Positions 28,731 to 38,422 of a stretch of DNA of 38,495 nt are shown here, one piece after another. The notes under the pieces are model-generated. The model did not search any database. It saw nothing but the letters and a program-made list of their open reading frames with translations, and was not told where the DNA came from. Each line of letters starts with the position of its first letter. The first letter of the stretch is position 1. This DNA comes from Alphaproteobacteria bacterium (GTDB lineage Bacteria; Pseudomonadota; Alphaproteobacteria; UBA11222). Location of the stretch: positions 1 through 38,495 of the forward strand of contig JAHHGO010000003.1 of NCBI GenBank assembly GCA_023252275.1, in the 5' to 3' direction. Position numbers and translations under genes: made by a program.

Positions 28731-31685
28731 ATGCACGTTTTTTCCCTGCTCGACGCTAACACAGATTCGTATAAATTACCCGTTCCCTTTGATGAGACGC
28801 GCGCGCAGGCGTTGCTTGGCGATTTGCAACTGGCGGCGGAAGCGTATGGTGAAACGGCCCTTCAACGCATAACCAGCCTGTTGCAGGATGCAAGGGGCCG
28901 CCGGGTTTTAGGCGCAATATTCGGCAATAGCCCGTTTCTGAGCCGGATAGCCCTGCGCGACCCGGATTTTCTGGGTGCGCTGATGCAGCAGGGGCCGGAT
29001 GAATGTCTGGCCGAAATCAATCAGGCGGTAATGGCGCTTGCGGATGCGGGCCTGCCGCAACCGGATCTGGCGCAGCAATTGCGCATGTTCCGTGGCCGGG
29101 CGGCATTGTGCATTGCGATGGCGGACATTACGGGGCTTTGGGATCTGGGCCGGGTGACGGGCGCGCTGTCCGGCTTTGCCGAATCCATTCTGAACGCCAC
29201 CATCGGCGCAATGCTGCATACGCATGCGCGGGCAGGGGATATCGTGCTGGCGGACCCGGCGCGGCCATGCTGGCGTTGCGGTTATGTGGTCATCGCCATG
29301 GGCAAGCTGGGCGCGGGCGAGTTGAATTATTCCAGCGATATTGATCTTATCATTCTGTACGATCCGCAACGCCGCACCTACCAGGGCAGACTGGAGCTGA
29401 TTGACTTTCAGGTCCGCTTCACCAAAACGCTGATCAGCCTGTTGCAGGATTTTACCGGCGATGGATATGTCTTCCGGGTTGATTTGCGCCTGCGTCCCGA
29501 TCCCGCGGCCACGCCCATTGCGCTGCCGGTTGAAGCGGCGGAAAATTATTATGAAAGCACCGGCAAGGGATGGGAGCGCGCGGCCATGATCAAGGCGCGG
29601 CCCGTGGCCGGAGACATTGAACTGGGCGAGCAGTTTCTGAAAAATATCAGTCCGTTTGTTTGGCGCAAAAACCTTGATTACGCCGCGGTCAAGGATGTTT
29701 TTGATATGGTGGGCCTGATCCGGGCGCATCATGGCCATTCGGAAATTCAGATAGAAGGGCATAATATCAAGATCGGCACTGGCGGCATCCGGGAAATCGA
29801 ATTTTTTGCGCAAACCCATCAATTAATCGCGGGCGGCCGCGACCGCGCGCTGCGCGACCCCACGACGCTGGGCATTATCTCTCTGCTGGCGCAAAAGGGA
29901 CAGCTGGATGCGGACGACGCGAAAAAAATGCGCGAAGCCTATATTTTCCTGCGCACCCTGGAACACCGTCTGCAGATGATCGATGATGAACAGACACAGA
30001 CATTGCCCAAATCTGCGGAAGGGCTGAAACATATTGCCGCCTTTTCAGGATTTGCGGATGTGGAAGATTTTTATAAAACGCTTCGCTGGCATCTGGATTT
30101 CGCCGCTGCGCAATTTCAGAAACTGACTGGCCCGGGCAATGATGTCCCCGAGGCCAGGCCGGGGGCAATCTCTGACGATGCGTCATGGGTTTCGGAATTC
30201 AGGGATGCGGAGCGGGCGAAAAGAATTATCGAAACCTGGCGCAGCTTCCGCTATCGCGCGCTGCGCACACAGCGGGCGCAGGAACTGCTGGATAGTCTGA
30301 CGCCGAAAATTCTGTCGGCCATTATACGCACTTCCAATCCCGATGCCGCCCTGTTGCGGTTTGACGAATTTCTGGCGGCCATGCCGGTCGGCGTACAATT
30401 GCTGTCTTTGTTTAACGCGCATCCCTGGCTTCTCGATCTGGTGGCGGAAATTATGGGTACGGCCCCGGCGCTAGCTGAAATGCTGGGCCGCAGGCCGGCC
30501 TTGCTGGATGCGGTGCTGTCGCCAGATTTTCTGGAAGCCTTCCCGCAACCGGAAAAATTATCCGGAGATCTGGAATATGCGCTGGAGCCCGCGCGCGATT
30601 ATCAGGATGTGCTGGATATTACCCGGCGCTGGGCGAATGAGCGCAAATTTCAGGTGGGGGTGCAGCTTTTACAAAATTTGATTGATGGCGATGGCGCGGG
30701 AGGGGCGCTCAGCGATATTGCGGATACGCTGCTGCGCGCCCTATTGCCGCGGGTGGAAGCGGAACTTGCCGAAAAACATGGCTGGGTGCCGGACGCCCGC
30801 ATGGCGGTTCTGGCGATGGGCAAGCTTGGGGGCAGGGAACTGACCTTCACCTCCGATCTCGATCTGATTTTTATTTTCCCAAATACGGAAAAGTTGTCTG
30901 ACGGCAAATCGCCCCTGAGCGCAGCGCAATATTTTGCCCGCCTGTGCCAGCGCTTGATCAATGCCCTGACCGCGCCCACGGGCGAGGGCAGCCTGTATGA
31001 AGTGGATATGCGCCTGCGCCCGTCCGGCGGGCAGGGGCCGATAGCGATATCGCTGGAGGCCTTCAGCAAATATCATGAGGAGGCGGCGCAAGTGTGGGAG
31101 CATATGGCCTGGACCCGCGCCCGGATTATCATCGCTCCGGACGGACTGGCCAGCAATATTCGCGCGGCCATGCGCAGTTTTTTGGGCAGGCGGCGCGACC
31201 CCAAAGATCTGGCGGTTGATGTCGCCACCATGCGGGCGCGCATTGACCGTGAATTTCCCGGCAAAAATATCTGGGATTTCAAATATGTTCGCGGCGGCAT
31301 GATGGATGCCGAATTCATTACTCAATATCTGCTGCTGCGCGATGCCGCCGATTTTCCGGAGACGCTTTCCGGCACGACTATTCAGGCGCTGACGCAACTG
31401 GCCGCGGCGGGGCGGCTGGATAATACACTGGCGCAGGAGCTAATCAGAGCATTACGCAAGCAGCGCGATCTCCAGCAGATCATTCGCTTATGTCTTGGCG
31501 ATCGTGCAGATGTGCAAAATGCACCTGAGGCCTTGCTGAAATTAATGGCGGCGCATGGCGGGACAAACAGTTTCGCCGATCTGGAATTGCAACTTGCGGC
31601 CTGTCAAAAATCTATATTTGAATCCTATCGCCTGATCGTTCTTGCGGCGGCGGGGCTGGACGCGGAACCGGCAGTTCCGTCATAA
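28731..31685 (+). CDS. glnE: Bifunctional glutamine synthetase adenylyltransferase/adenylyl-removing enzyme
   Basis: Two nucleotidyltransferase domains: MGKLGAGELNYSSDIDL / RVDLRLRP and MGKLGGRELTFTSDLDL / EVDMRLRPSG. Confidence 0.96.
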   Translation: MHVFSLLDANTDSYKLPVPFDETRAQALLGDLQLAAEAYGETALQRITSLLQDARGRRVLGAIFGNSPFLSRIALRDPDFLGALMQQGPDECLAEINQAVMALADAGLPQPDLAQQLRMFRGRAALCIAMADITGLWDLGRVTGALSGFAESILNATIGAMLHTHARAGDIVLADPARPCWRCGYVVIAMGKLGAGELNYSSDIDLIILYDPQRRTYQGRLELIDFQVRFTKTLISLLQDFTGDGYVFRVDLRLRPDPAATPIALPVEAAENYYESTGKGWERAAMIKARPVAGDIELGEQFLKNISPFVWRKNLDYAAVKDVFDMVGLIRAHHGHSEIQIEGHNIKIGTGGIREIEFFAQTHQLIAGGRDRALRDPTTLGIISLLAQKGQLDADDAKKMREAYIFLRTLEHRLQMIDDEQTQTLPKSAEGLKHIAAFSGFADVEDFYKTLRWHLDFAAAQFQKLTGPGNDVPEARPGAISDDASWVSEFRDAERAKRIIETWRSFRYRALRTQRAQELLDSLTPKILSAIIRTSNPDAALLRFDEFLAAMPVGVQLLSLFNAHPWLLDLVAEIMGTAPALAEMLGRRPALLDAVLSPDFLEAFPQPEKLSGDLEYALEPARDYQDVLDITRRWANERKFQVGVQLLQNLIDGDGAGGALSDIADTLLRALLPRVEAELAEKHGWVPDARMAVLAMGKLGGRELTFTSDLDLIFIFPNTEKLSDGKSPLSAAQYFARLCQRLINALTAPTGEGSLYEVDMRLRPSGGQGPIAISLEAFSKYHEEAAQVWEHMAWTRARIIIAPDGLASNIRAAMRSFLGRRRDPKDLAVDVATMRARIDREFPGKNIWDFKYVRGGMMDAEFITQYLLLRDAADFPETLSGTTIQALTQLAAAGRLDNTLAQELIRALRKQRDLQQIIRLCLGDRADVQNAPEALLKLMAAHGGTNSFADLELQLAACQKSIFESYRLIVLAAAGLDAEPAVPS

Positions 31686-32188
31686 TGAATCAAACATCAC
31701 ACAGGATGACACATATGCTCGAAGAAGGTCAGAAGGCGCCAGCCTTCAAACTCCCGGCGGATGGCGGCGGCGAAATCGGTCTTGCCGGTCTGAAAGGCAA
31801 AATAGCCATTGTGTATTTTTATCCCAAGGATGACACGCCCGGATGCACCAGCGAGGCCATTGCCTTCAGTGCGTTAAAAAAACAATTCGACAAGGCAGGC
31901 GCCGTGCTGGTGGGCGTGTCCAGGGACAGCGTGCAGCGTCATGACAATTTCAAGAAAAAACATGATCTGAAAATTTGTCTGGCGTCTGATGAAGAAGGAA
32001 AGATGGTGGCCGATTATGGCGTGTGGGTGAAAAAACTGAATTATGGCCGGGAATATATGGGGATCGAACGCAGCACTTTTCTTATCGACGCCAAGGGCGT
32101 GATCCGAAAAATCTGGCGAAAGGTAAAGGTCAATGGCCATGCGGAAAAAGTGCTGGAGGCCGTGAAGGAAATGCAGGCGGCAGGTTAA
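31685..32188 (+). CDS. bcp: Thioredoxin-dependent peroxiredoxin BCP/PrxQ
   Basis: YFYPKDDTPGCTSEA, MGIERSTFLID and VKVNGH. TAATG overlap with glnE; alternative start at 31715. Confidence 0.93.
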   Translation: MNQTSHRMTHMLEEGQKAPAFKLPADGGGEIGLAGLKGKIAIVYFYPKDDTPGCTSEAIAFSALKKQFDKAGAVLVGVSRDSVQRHDNFKKKHDLKICLASDEEGKMVADYGVWVKKLNYGREYMGIERSTFLIDAKGVIRKIWRKVKVNGHAEKVLEAVKEMQAAG

Positions 32189-32439
32189 ACGATGAAATGC
32201 GCGCCGCTTGAGAAAATCCGCAGCCGCACTTGAAATTTTTTACAGTTCAGTCAGGATATTTCAGCAATGTCTGGCTATATTGTTCTTTTTTTAACCAATA
32301 TGTACTGATAGTCTTCGGGAATCGTTTATATAACATGTTGATAACAGAAAACTAATGATGGACTCGTTTGAAATATCAGGGTTCAATTGTCCGTGCGTTG
32401 CGGGCGTCGTTGAGTAGCGGGACACTGAGGGGAGGCCGG

Positions 32440-33774
32440 ATGTTGAACGGGATCGTAATGATTGCCGCTGGTGTGTGGGGAAAGCTGTTTTCTGAAAGAC
32501 AAGTCTATCTGCGCAGTCACGGGCGGGTGCGCTATGTGAGCCTGTCGCCGCTAGCGCAGTTTTCCGGATTTGTTTTTTTTCTTCTCGCATTCTCGTGGGT
32601 AGCCTTTGTCTCGGCGGGTTTTGCCTATTATCACGGCAACCGGACGGTTCAGGACGCCCGGTATCAGGAATTAAGCCATTCGCATAACCGGCTGATTGCG
32701 GAACTGGCGCAGGCTCAGCAACGTATTAGGCTCGTTGAACTGGAGATTGATTCCAATAAACGCCAGCAGACGAAACAGACCCAGCAACAAACCTTGAATG
32801 AAACTCCATCCGGGACGCCGGTTCCCTCTATGGCCAAGGCTCCGGAGCCCTTGCCCACCGGCGTGACAGATTCAAATATATCCGTAATTCCCGGTGCAAT
32901 GCCGCGCCCGCGCCCGCAGATGCAACCGGGGGAAAACGTCAATCCGTTTCAGTCCTCCGTCATGCCTCTTAAACGTCCAAACCTGCCCGTGCTGTCGCTG
33001 CCATCTTCAATGACCATTTTAGACGGCAGGCTGGAAAATGGCCAGGCCCCGCTCGCGGGCAGTCTGGCTGGATACACGGTTCCGCGCAACGAAGTGATGG
33101 CGTATTTGGCCGGGGATGCGAACACCGCCATTACCGCTTTTGAAAAACTCATTAATCAAACCGGCCTTGATGCGGAAACCATGCTGCGCCGTAGCACGGA
33201 TTCAAAATCTCCAGGCGGTCAGGCGAAAGGCGGCCCGCTGCTTAGCATGCCGCCATCAACGTCCGTTAAATTTATGCGCCGTATGGCCCCGGGTGAACTT
33301 GCCATGCCAGATAGCCGCAAAGGCCGTTTGGAATTGCTGCGCGAGGCATTGTTCAGCCTGCCTTTGGCCGAGCCGGTCAATAAGTATTATGTATCGAGCG
33401 GTTATGGATACCGGCGTGATCCCTTTACGCGCACCAAAGCCTTTCATTCCGGTGTGGATCTTGTGGCGCCGCACGGGGACCCTGTACAGGCCAGTGCGCC
33501 GGGTGTCGTTGTTTTTGCAGGGCCTAATGGACCATACGGCAATATGGTGGACATTGATCATGGCCGGGGGGTCAAAAGCCGTTATGGGCATCTCAGCCGG
33601 ATAAATGTAAAGCTGGGACAGAAGGTTGGTTTGCGGCAGACAATTGGGCTTGTTGGAAATACAGGCAGAAGCGGTACAGCGCACCTGCATTTCGAAGTCT
33701 GGTTCGATGGTAAGGCGCGCGATCCGCGTAATTTCTTAAAGGCTGGCGAAAATGTTTTTCAGCGGAAAGGATAA
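32440..33774 (+). CDS. Membrane-anchored M23 endopeptidase (LmdC-like)
   Basis: N-terminal FSERQVYLRSHGRVRY peptide, TM helix, coiled coil, and an M23 domain with HSGVD (HxxxD), YGH and HLHFEV. ATG at 32440 follows GGAGG. Confidence 0.88.
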   Translation: MLNGIVMIAAGVWGKLFSERQVYLRSHGRVRYVSLSPLAQFSGFVFFLLAFSWVAFVSAGFAYYHGNRTVQDARYQELSHSHNRLIAELAQAQQRIRLVELEIDSNKRQQTKQTQQQTLNETPSGTPVPSMAKAPEPLPTGVTDSNISVIPGAMPRPRPQMQPGENVNPFQSSVMPLKRPNLPVLSLPSSMTILDGRLENGQAPLAGSLAGYTVPRNEVMAYLAGDANTAITAFEKLINQTGLDAETMLRRSTDSKSPGGQAKGGPLLSMPPSTSVKFMRRMAPGELAMPDSRKGRLELLREALFSLPLAEPVNKYYVSSGYGYRRDPFTRTKAFHSGVDLVAPHGDPVQASAPGVVVFAGPNGPYGNMVDIDHGRGVKSRYGHLSRINVKLGQKVGLRQTIGLVGNTGRSGTAHLHFEVWFDGKARDPRNFLKAGENVFQRKG

Positions 33775-34216
33775 GAATCCTGGCGCATCGCAGGCTGGCC
33801 GCCGGTCCGGCAAAGAGCCGATCTCGCTAATCAGTGCGGATCTGTCGGTCAGGGGTGATCTGATCTCGCCTGGCGATTTGCAGATTGATGGCCTGGTCGA
33901 GGGCGATATTCAGTGCCAATCCCTGACCATTGGGCCAACCGCAACGGTTTCCGGAAATGTTGCAGCTATAGAAGTGTTGATACGTGGAACACTGCATGGC
34001 CATATTGAGGCGCGTTCGGTGACGCTCGGTAAAACCGCGCAAGTGGTGGGTGACATTCTGCATGAAACCATTGCCATAGAGGCAGGCGCCATTCTGGATG
34101 GCCGGCTGACGGGGCGCAATCGCGTGCTCAGCGAAACCATGAACGCATTACCACAGGCGGATGATCATAGCCCGCGGTCCGAAGAGCCGCATGGCGCTTT
34201 GCGTCAGGCCCATTAA
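33752..34216 (+). CDS. bacA: Bactofilin (polymer-forming cytoskeletal protein)
   Basis: MFFSGKDK N-terminus; beta-helix core SLISADLSVRGDL...LQIDGLVEGDI...GDILHETIAIEAGAILDG. Overlaps the M23 gene by 23 nt. Confidence 0.92.
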   Translation: MFFSGKDKNPGASQAGRRSGKEPISLISADLSVRGDLISPGDLQIDGLVEGDIQCQSLTIGPTATVSGNVAAIEVLIRGTLHGHIEARSVTLGKTAQVVGDILHETIAIEAGAILDGRLTGRNRVLSETMNALPQADDHSPRSEEPHGALRQAH

Positions 34217-34230
34217 GCCAGTCGAACCAA

Positions 34231-34878
34231 TTAAGTCGCTTCGGATTGCCGGATTTCGGCATATGCCGTATCAAGCGCCCTGACCAGCAATTCAGGTTCC
34301 TGGGCGCCCACCAGCAGATATTTATTGGCGATTACATAGGAGGGCACGCCCTGAATGCCGATGCGTCGCGCGGTTGCATCTTCCTGCAGAATTAAATCCG
34401 TGTCGGCATTGCCGCCCAGAAGATTTGCGATAATATCCGTATCCATCCCGGCCTCGCGGGCAATATCCAGCAAGACCGCATGATCGCTGATATCGTGGCC
34501 TTGCGTAAAATACCGGCGAAACATAATCTCAACCAGTTCCGGCTGACGGCCCGCACTATGTGACCAGCGGATCAGACGATGCGCATCCAGTGTATTGGGC
34601 ATGCGCGCAATATTGCTGAAATTAAATTCAATTCCCAATTCCCGGCCGGCCTCCAGCAAGGCGTCCATCATGGGGCTGGGGCCTTTTTGTTCGCCAAATT
34701 TTCGGCGAACATGTTCCTTGCGATCCATGCCTTCGCGCGGCATATCCGGATTTAGCTGAAACACCCGGTAGGCCAGATCAATCTGAATTTCCGGCCGGGC
34801 TGCGATGGCAATTTCCATGCGCTTCTTGCCCACATAGCACCAGGGGCATACCGGATCGGAAATAATGTCTAGCTGCAT
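34231..34878 (-). CDS. DsbA-family oxidoreductase (FrnE-like)
   Basis: SDPVCPWCYVGK, FQLNPDMP, PNTLDAHRL, GVPSY and GAQ. Confidence 0.92.
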   Translation of the reverse strand: MQLDIISDPVCPWCYVGKKRMEIAIAARPEIQIDLAYRVFQLNPDMPREGMDRKEHVRRKFGEQKGPSPMMDALLEAGRELGIEFNFSNIARMPNTLDAHRLIRWSHSAGRQPELVEIMFRRYFTQGHDISDHAVLLDIAREAGMDTDIIANLLGGNADTDLILQEDATARRIGIQGVPSYVIANKYLLVGAQEPELLVRALDTAYAEIRQSEAT

Positions 34879-34964
34879 GTCAGAACCCCCTTTTACGGCA
34901 AGACAGATAGCTTAAGCCTATCCGATCCCGGAGCGGGGGGAAAATGAAAAAATGTGAGGTAAGC

Positions 34965-36299
34965 CTATCTGCCGTTGGCGATCGCCGCCTTGACCAGCGC
35001 ATCGGCGCTCATGCCTGGGGATAGCGCCGCAACACCGGTTGTGACATGCGCCCGGATCGCGGTCTGGACATCCCCCTGCATGATTTCGGTAAAATTAATA
35101 ATGCTGCCGATGCGATGGGCGACCATCTCCGCCGACGCCAGACGGGTTTCCGGCATGACAAGCGCAAATTGATGTCCGCTATAACGGGCGGACAAATCCT
35201 CGCCGCGCACCAGATTGCTCAGCAAAACACCCAATTGACTGAGGATCCTGTCCCCGGAATTGAACCCGTAAAGGCTGTTTATTTCTGTCAGATTATCGAA
35301 GCTGAAAACCGCCAGGCTGAGGCTTCTGTTCTGGGCGTGAGATTCGGCAACCAGTTCGCTCAAATGCTCCATCATGAAACCATGGCTGTACAGCCCGGTC
35401 AGGGCGTCGCTGATCGACAGGTCACGGGTCTGGCGGTAGACCTTGATCAACGAGTCGCGATAGCGCTGCTGACGGAAAAGAACTTCCACCCGGGCGCTGA
35501 AATCTTCCAGATTTAATGGATGATAAAACACATCCGCGGCGCCCGCGGTATAGGCCGCGCCCGTATACAGAGTGGAAGCGGCGCTCATCATACAGACAAT
35601 GGGTATGTTAAAGAGCCGTGAGTTACGCCTTATATCCTCTACAAACTGAAAATAGACGGCTTCCTGGCCCTCAGGAATATTTAAAAGAACCGCGTCATAA
35701 CGCTGACGTTCCAGATAATGAATGCCCGTTACCGGGCTTTGCGCATGGGTGAGTGTGCCAAATCTGAACAGGCCCTGCTCAATATGCCCGAAATGATTTT
35801 CAGATGGTCCCACCAGAAGAAAATTTGCTTCCTCACCCGGAATGGCTGGCGGAGATTCAGTAATCTGATCCTTTAGACCATATTTGGAGGCGGTAATGAT
35901 ACGGCGGCGCAGTTCCTCCTGCATGGCTCCCAAGCGGGTGAGAGATTCAATCCGTCCGTACAGTTGCAGGTCATGATAGGGGTAGGGCAGGCAGGCATCG
36001 GCCCCCGCGCGCAGCCCTTCAACGAGCGATGATTCCCGATCTGAAGAGGTGATCAAAATGACCGGCACCGCGGCCGTTTCATTGCGGCCCTTCAGCGCCC
36101 GGGTCAGATTCAGGCTGGACCCGGCATTGCCGCTGCCTGCAATGATCACAATATCGGGTTTGGAGGCGCGCACCTGGTCAAGCGCGTCGGCCTTTTCTTT
36201 AAGAGGCACATTCTCATATCCCCGCGCATGCAATTTCTGCGTCATATTGATGGTGTCGACGGGGTCATTGTTGATTACAAGAACGCGCGCGCTGCTCAT
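34965..36299 (-). CDS. PleD/PopA-like REC-REC-GGDEF protein with a degenerate GGDEF and an intact I-site
   Basis: Two receiver-like domains, then DALTGL and RGED-LSARY-SGHQF in place of RxxD-x5-GG(D/E)EF. Confidence 0.85.
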   Translation of the reverse strand: MSSARVLVINNDPVDTINMTQKLHARGYENVPLKEKADALDQVRASKPDIVIIAGSGNAGSSLNLTRALKGRNETAAVPVILITSSDRESSLVEGLRAGADACLPYPYHDLQLYGRIESLTRLGAMQEELRRRIITASKYGLKDQITESPPAIPGEEANFLLVGPSENHFGHIEQGLFRFGTLTHAQSPVTGIHYLERQRYDAVLLNIPEGQEAVYFQFVEDIRRNSRLFNIPIVCMMSAASTLYTGAAYTAGAADVFYHPLNLEDFSARVEVLFRQQRYRDSLIKVYRQTRDLSISDALTGLYSHGFMMEHLSELVAESHAQNRSLSLAVFSFDNLTEINSLYGFNSGDRILSQLGVLLSNLVRGEDLSARYSGHQFALVMPETRLASAEMVAHRIGSIINFTEIMQGDVQTAIRAHVTTGVAALSPGMSADALVKAAIANGR

Positions 36300-36430
36300 T
36301 GGGATTTTTCTCCAATAGAATTCCCCGGCATTCTATAGATGGCTGGTTAATGCATTCTTTGCATTTCCGGTTGCGGCCGGGATTTATGCGGGACTAGGAT
36401 TATTATCGGGAATAAGGGGGACATCTCTTC

Positions 36431-37219
36431 ATGGGCGCGACGCAAGTGGATTTGAAAGGTAAAAATATTTTAATCACCGGCACGACCAGTGGTCTGGGCA
36501 GGCATTTTGCCCTGACACTGGCGGCGGCCGGCGCGCGTCTTGCGGTCACGGGACGCCGGGTTGATCGCCTGAAAGATTTATGCGCTGAAATAGCCGCCCG
36601 GGGAGGGCATGCCTTGTCACTGGCGCTGGATGTGACGGATCCGCAAAGCATCCGGCAGACCGTTGAACGCTGCGAAGAAGAACTCGGCCCCATTGATGTT
36701 TTAATCAATAATTCCGGGGTCAATGGGGCGGGGCGCGCGATTGATATTAGCCCCGAGGCCTATGATGAGCTGTTTAACACCAATCTGCGCGGGGCCTATT
36801 TCATGTCCACCGAAGTGGCGAAAAGAATGATGGCGCGCCACAAGGCGGATCCGTCTGTGAGCGGCAAAATCATCAATATTGCCTCCGCCGCCGCCCATGT
36901 GCTGCTGCCCGGCCTGTCGCTCTATAATATGTCCAAGGCGGGCATGGTCATGATGACCAAGGCGCTGGCGCGGGAATGGGCCCGGCAGGGGGTAAGCGTC
37001 AATGCCATAAATCCCGGCTATATCGAAACCGAATTGAACAGCGAGTGGTTCCACAGCGAGAAGGGCAAGGCGCAAATTGCCGGTTTCCTGCGCCGCCGTC
37101 TTAATCAGGCCAGCGATCTGGACGGGGCATTGTTGCTGCTATGCTCAGACGCTTCCGCCATCATGACCGGGTCCATTGTGGATGTGGATGACGGGCAAAG
37201 TCTGCTTGCGCTTGGTTAA
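36431..37219 (+). CDS. Short-chain dehydrogenase/reductase
   Basis: TGTTSGLG, INNSG, YNMSK (YxxxK) and NPGYIET. Confidence 0.93.
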   Translation: MGATQVDLKGKNILITGTTSGLGRHFALTLAAAGARLAVTGRRVDRLKDLCAEIAARGGHALSLALDVTDPQSIRQTVERCEEELGPIDVLINNSGVNGAGRAIDISPEAYDELFNTNLRGAYFMSTEVAKRMMARHKADPSVSGKIINIASAAAHVLLPGLSLYNMSKAGMVMMTKALAREWARQGVSVNAINPGYIETELNSEWFHSEKGKAQIAGFLRRRLNQASDLDGALLLLCSDASAIMTGSIVDVDDGQSLLALG

Positions 37220-37286
37220 GCCTTTCCTTTTGGGCGCTAGCTGCACTAAAATCATGATAACAGAATAATTAACAGGGAGCAGATCG

Positions 37287-38420
37287 ATGTCCGGACCTCT
37301 ATCAGGCGTAAAAATCATTGAATTTCAAGGTATTGGCCCTGCGCCGTTTTGCGGCATGCTGCTGTCGGACATGGGCGCCGATGTGGTGCGCATCGACCGC
37401 AAGGCCCGCAACGGAACCGGCACCAAATTTGATATTGGCGGGCGCGGGCGGCGTTCGATTTCGCTTGATCTGAAAAAACCCGAAGCCATCGAAACCTGCC
37501 TGAAGCTGGTTGAAAAAGCCGATATCCTGTTTGAGGGGTTCCGCCCCGGCGTGATGGAACGGCTCGGCCTTGGCCCTGATCTGTGCCTTGCGCGCAACAA
37601 GCGTCTGGTTTATGGCCGCATGACGGGCTGGGGCCAGGATGGGCCTTATTCCCAGATGGCGGGGCATGATATTAATTACATCGCCATTACCGGCGCCCTG
37701 CGTTCCTGCGCCCGGCCGGGCGAAAAACCCGTACACCCCCTTAATCTGGTAGGCGATTTCGGCGGCGGCGCATTATATCTGGCTGTCGGGCTGCTGGCGG
37801 CGCTGCATAGCGCTAAGGTCAGCGGTTTGGGGCAGGTCGTTGATTGTTCGATGGCCGATGGCGCCGCCTCCCTGATGTCGATGTTCTACGGCATGAGCGC
37901 CGCGGGCAGCTGGAGCGATGAGGTGGGCAATAATCTGCTGGATGGCGGCGCGCCCTTCTATGATTCCTATCTTTGCAGTGATGGTAATTACATTTCCCTA
38001 GGCAGCATCGAACCGCAATTTTACGCGGAACTGCTGGAAAAGCTTGGTCTTTCGGATGATCCGGATTTCCGCAAGCAGATGGATAAATCCAGATGGCCGG
38101 GGCTGAAACAACGGCTGACCAGCATCTTCAAAACAAGGACGCGCGATGAGTGGAGCGCCATCATGGAGAATACGGATATTTGTTACGGACCCGTATTGAC
38201 CCTTAAGGAAGCACTTAAACATCCGCACAATGTGGCCCGCAAGACCTTTGTAGAGGTGGAAGGCGTGCCGCAACCAGCCCCCGCCCCACGCTTCAGCCGG
38301 ACTGTATCCAAAATCCAAAGCCCTCCGGCTGTCGTTGGGCAGCATACCGAGAGCGCCTTGCAGGATTGGGGTCTGAGCGCCGCAGAAGTTGAAGCGCTGC
38401 GAAAAGTCCAGGCAATTTGA
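37287..38420 (+). CDS. CaiB/BaiF CoA-transferase family III protein (alpha-methylacyl-CoA racemase-like)
   Basis: GIGPAPFCGMLLSDMGADV, EGFRPGVMERLGLGP, AGHDINY (racemase His), NLVGDFGGG (Asp) and PAPRFSRT. Confidence 0.92.
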   Translation: MSGPLSGVKIIEFQGIGPAPFCGMLLSDMGADVVRIDRKARNGTGTKFDIGGRGRRSISLDLKKPEAIETCLKLVEKADILFEGFRPGVMERLGLGPDLCLARNKRLVYGRMTGWGQDGPYSQMAGHDINYIAITGALRSCARPGEKPVHPLNLVGDFGGGALYLAVGLLAALHSAKVSGLGQVVDCSMADGAASLMSMFYGMSAAGSWSDEVGNNLLDGGAPFYDSYLCSDGNYISLGSIEPQFYAELLEKLGLSDDPDFRKQMDKSRWPGLKQRLTSIFKTRTRDEWSAIMENTDICYGPVLTLKEALKHPHNVARKTFVEVEGVPQPAPAPRFSRTVSKIQSPPAVVGQHTESALQDWGLSAAEVEALRKVQAI

Positions 38421-38422
38421 GC

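Noticed and set aside
28908-29822. 304-aa minus-strand ORF
   Set aside because: Antisense shadow of glnE.
32280-32344. CtrA-like site (TTAA-N7-GTAC) and an imperfect palindrome around AACATGTT upstream of the M23 gene
   Set aside because: Only half-site or imperfect matches in AT-rich DNA, which cannot be told from chance without conservation data.
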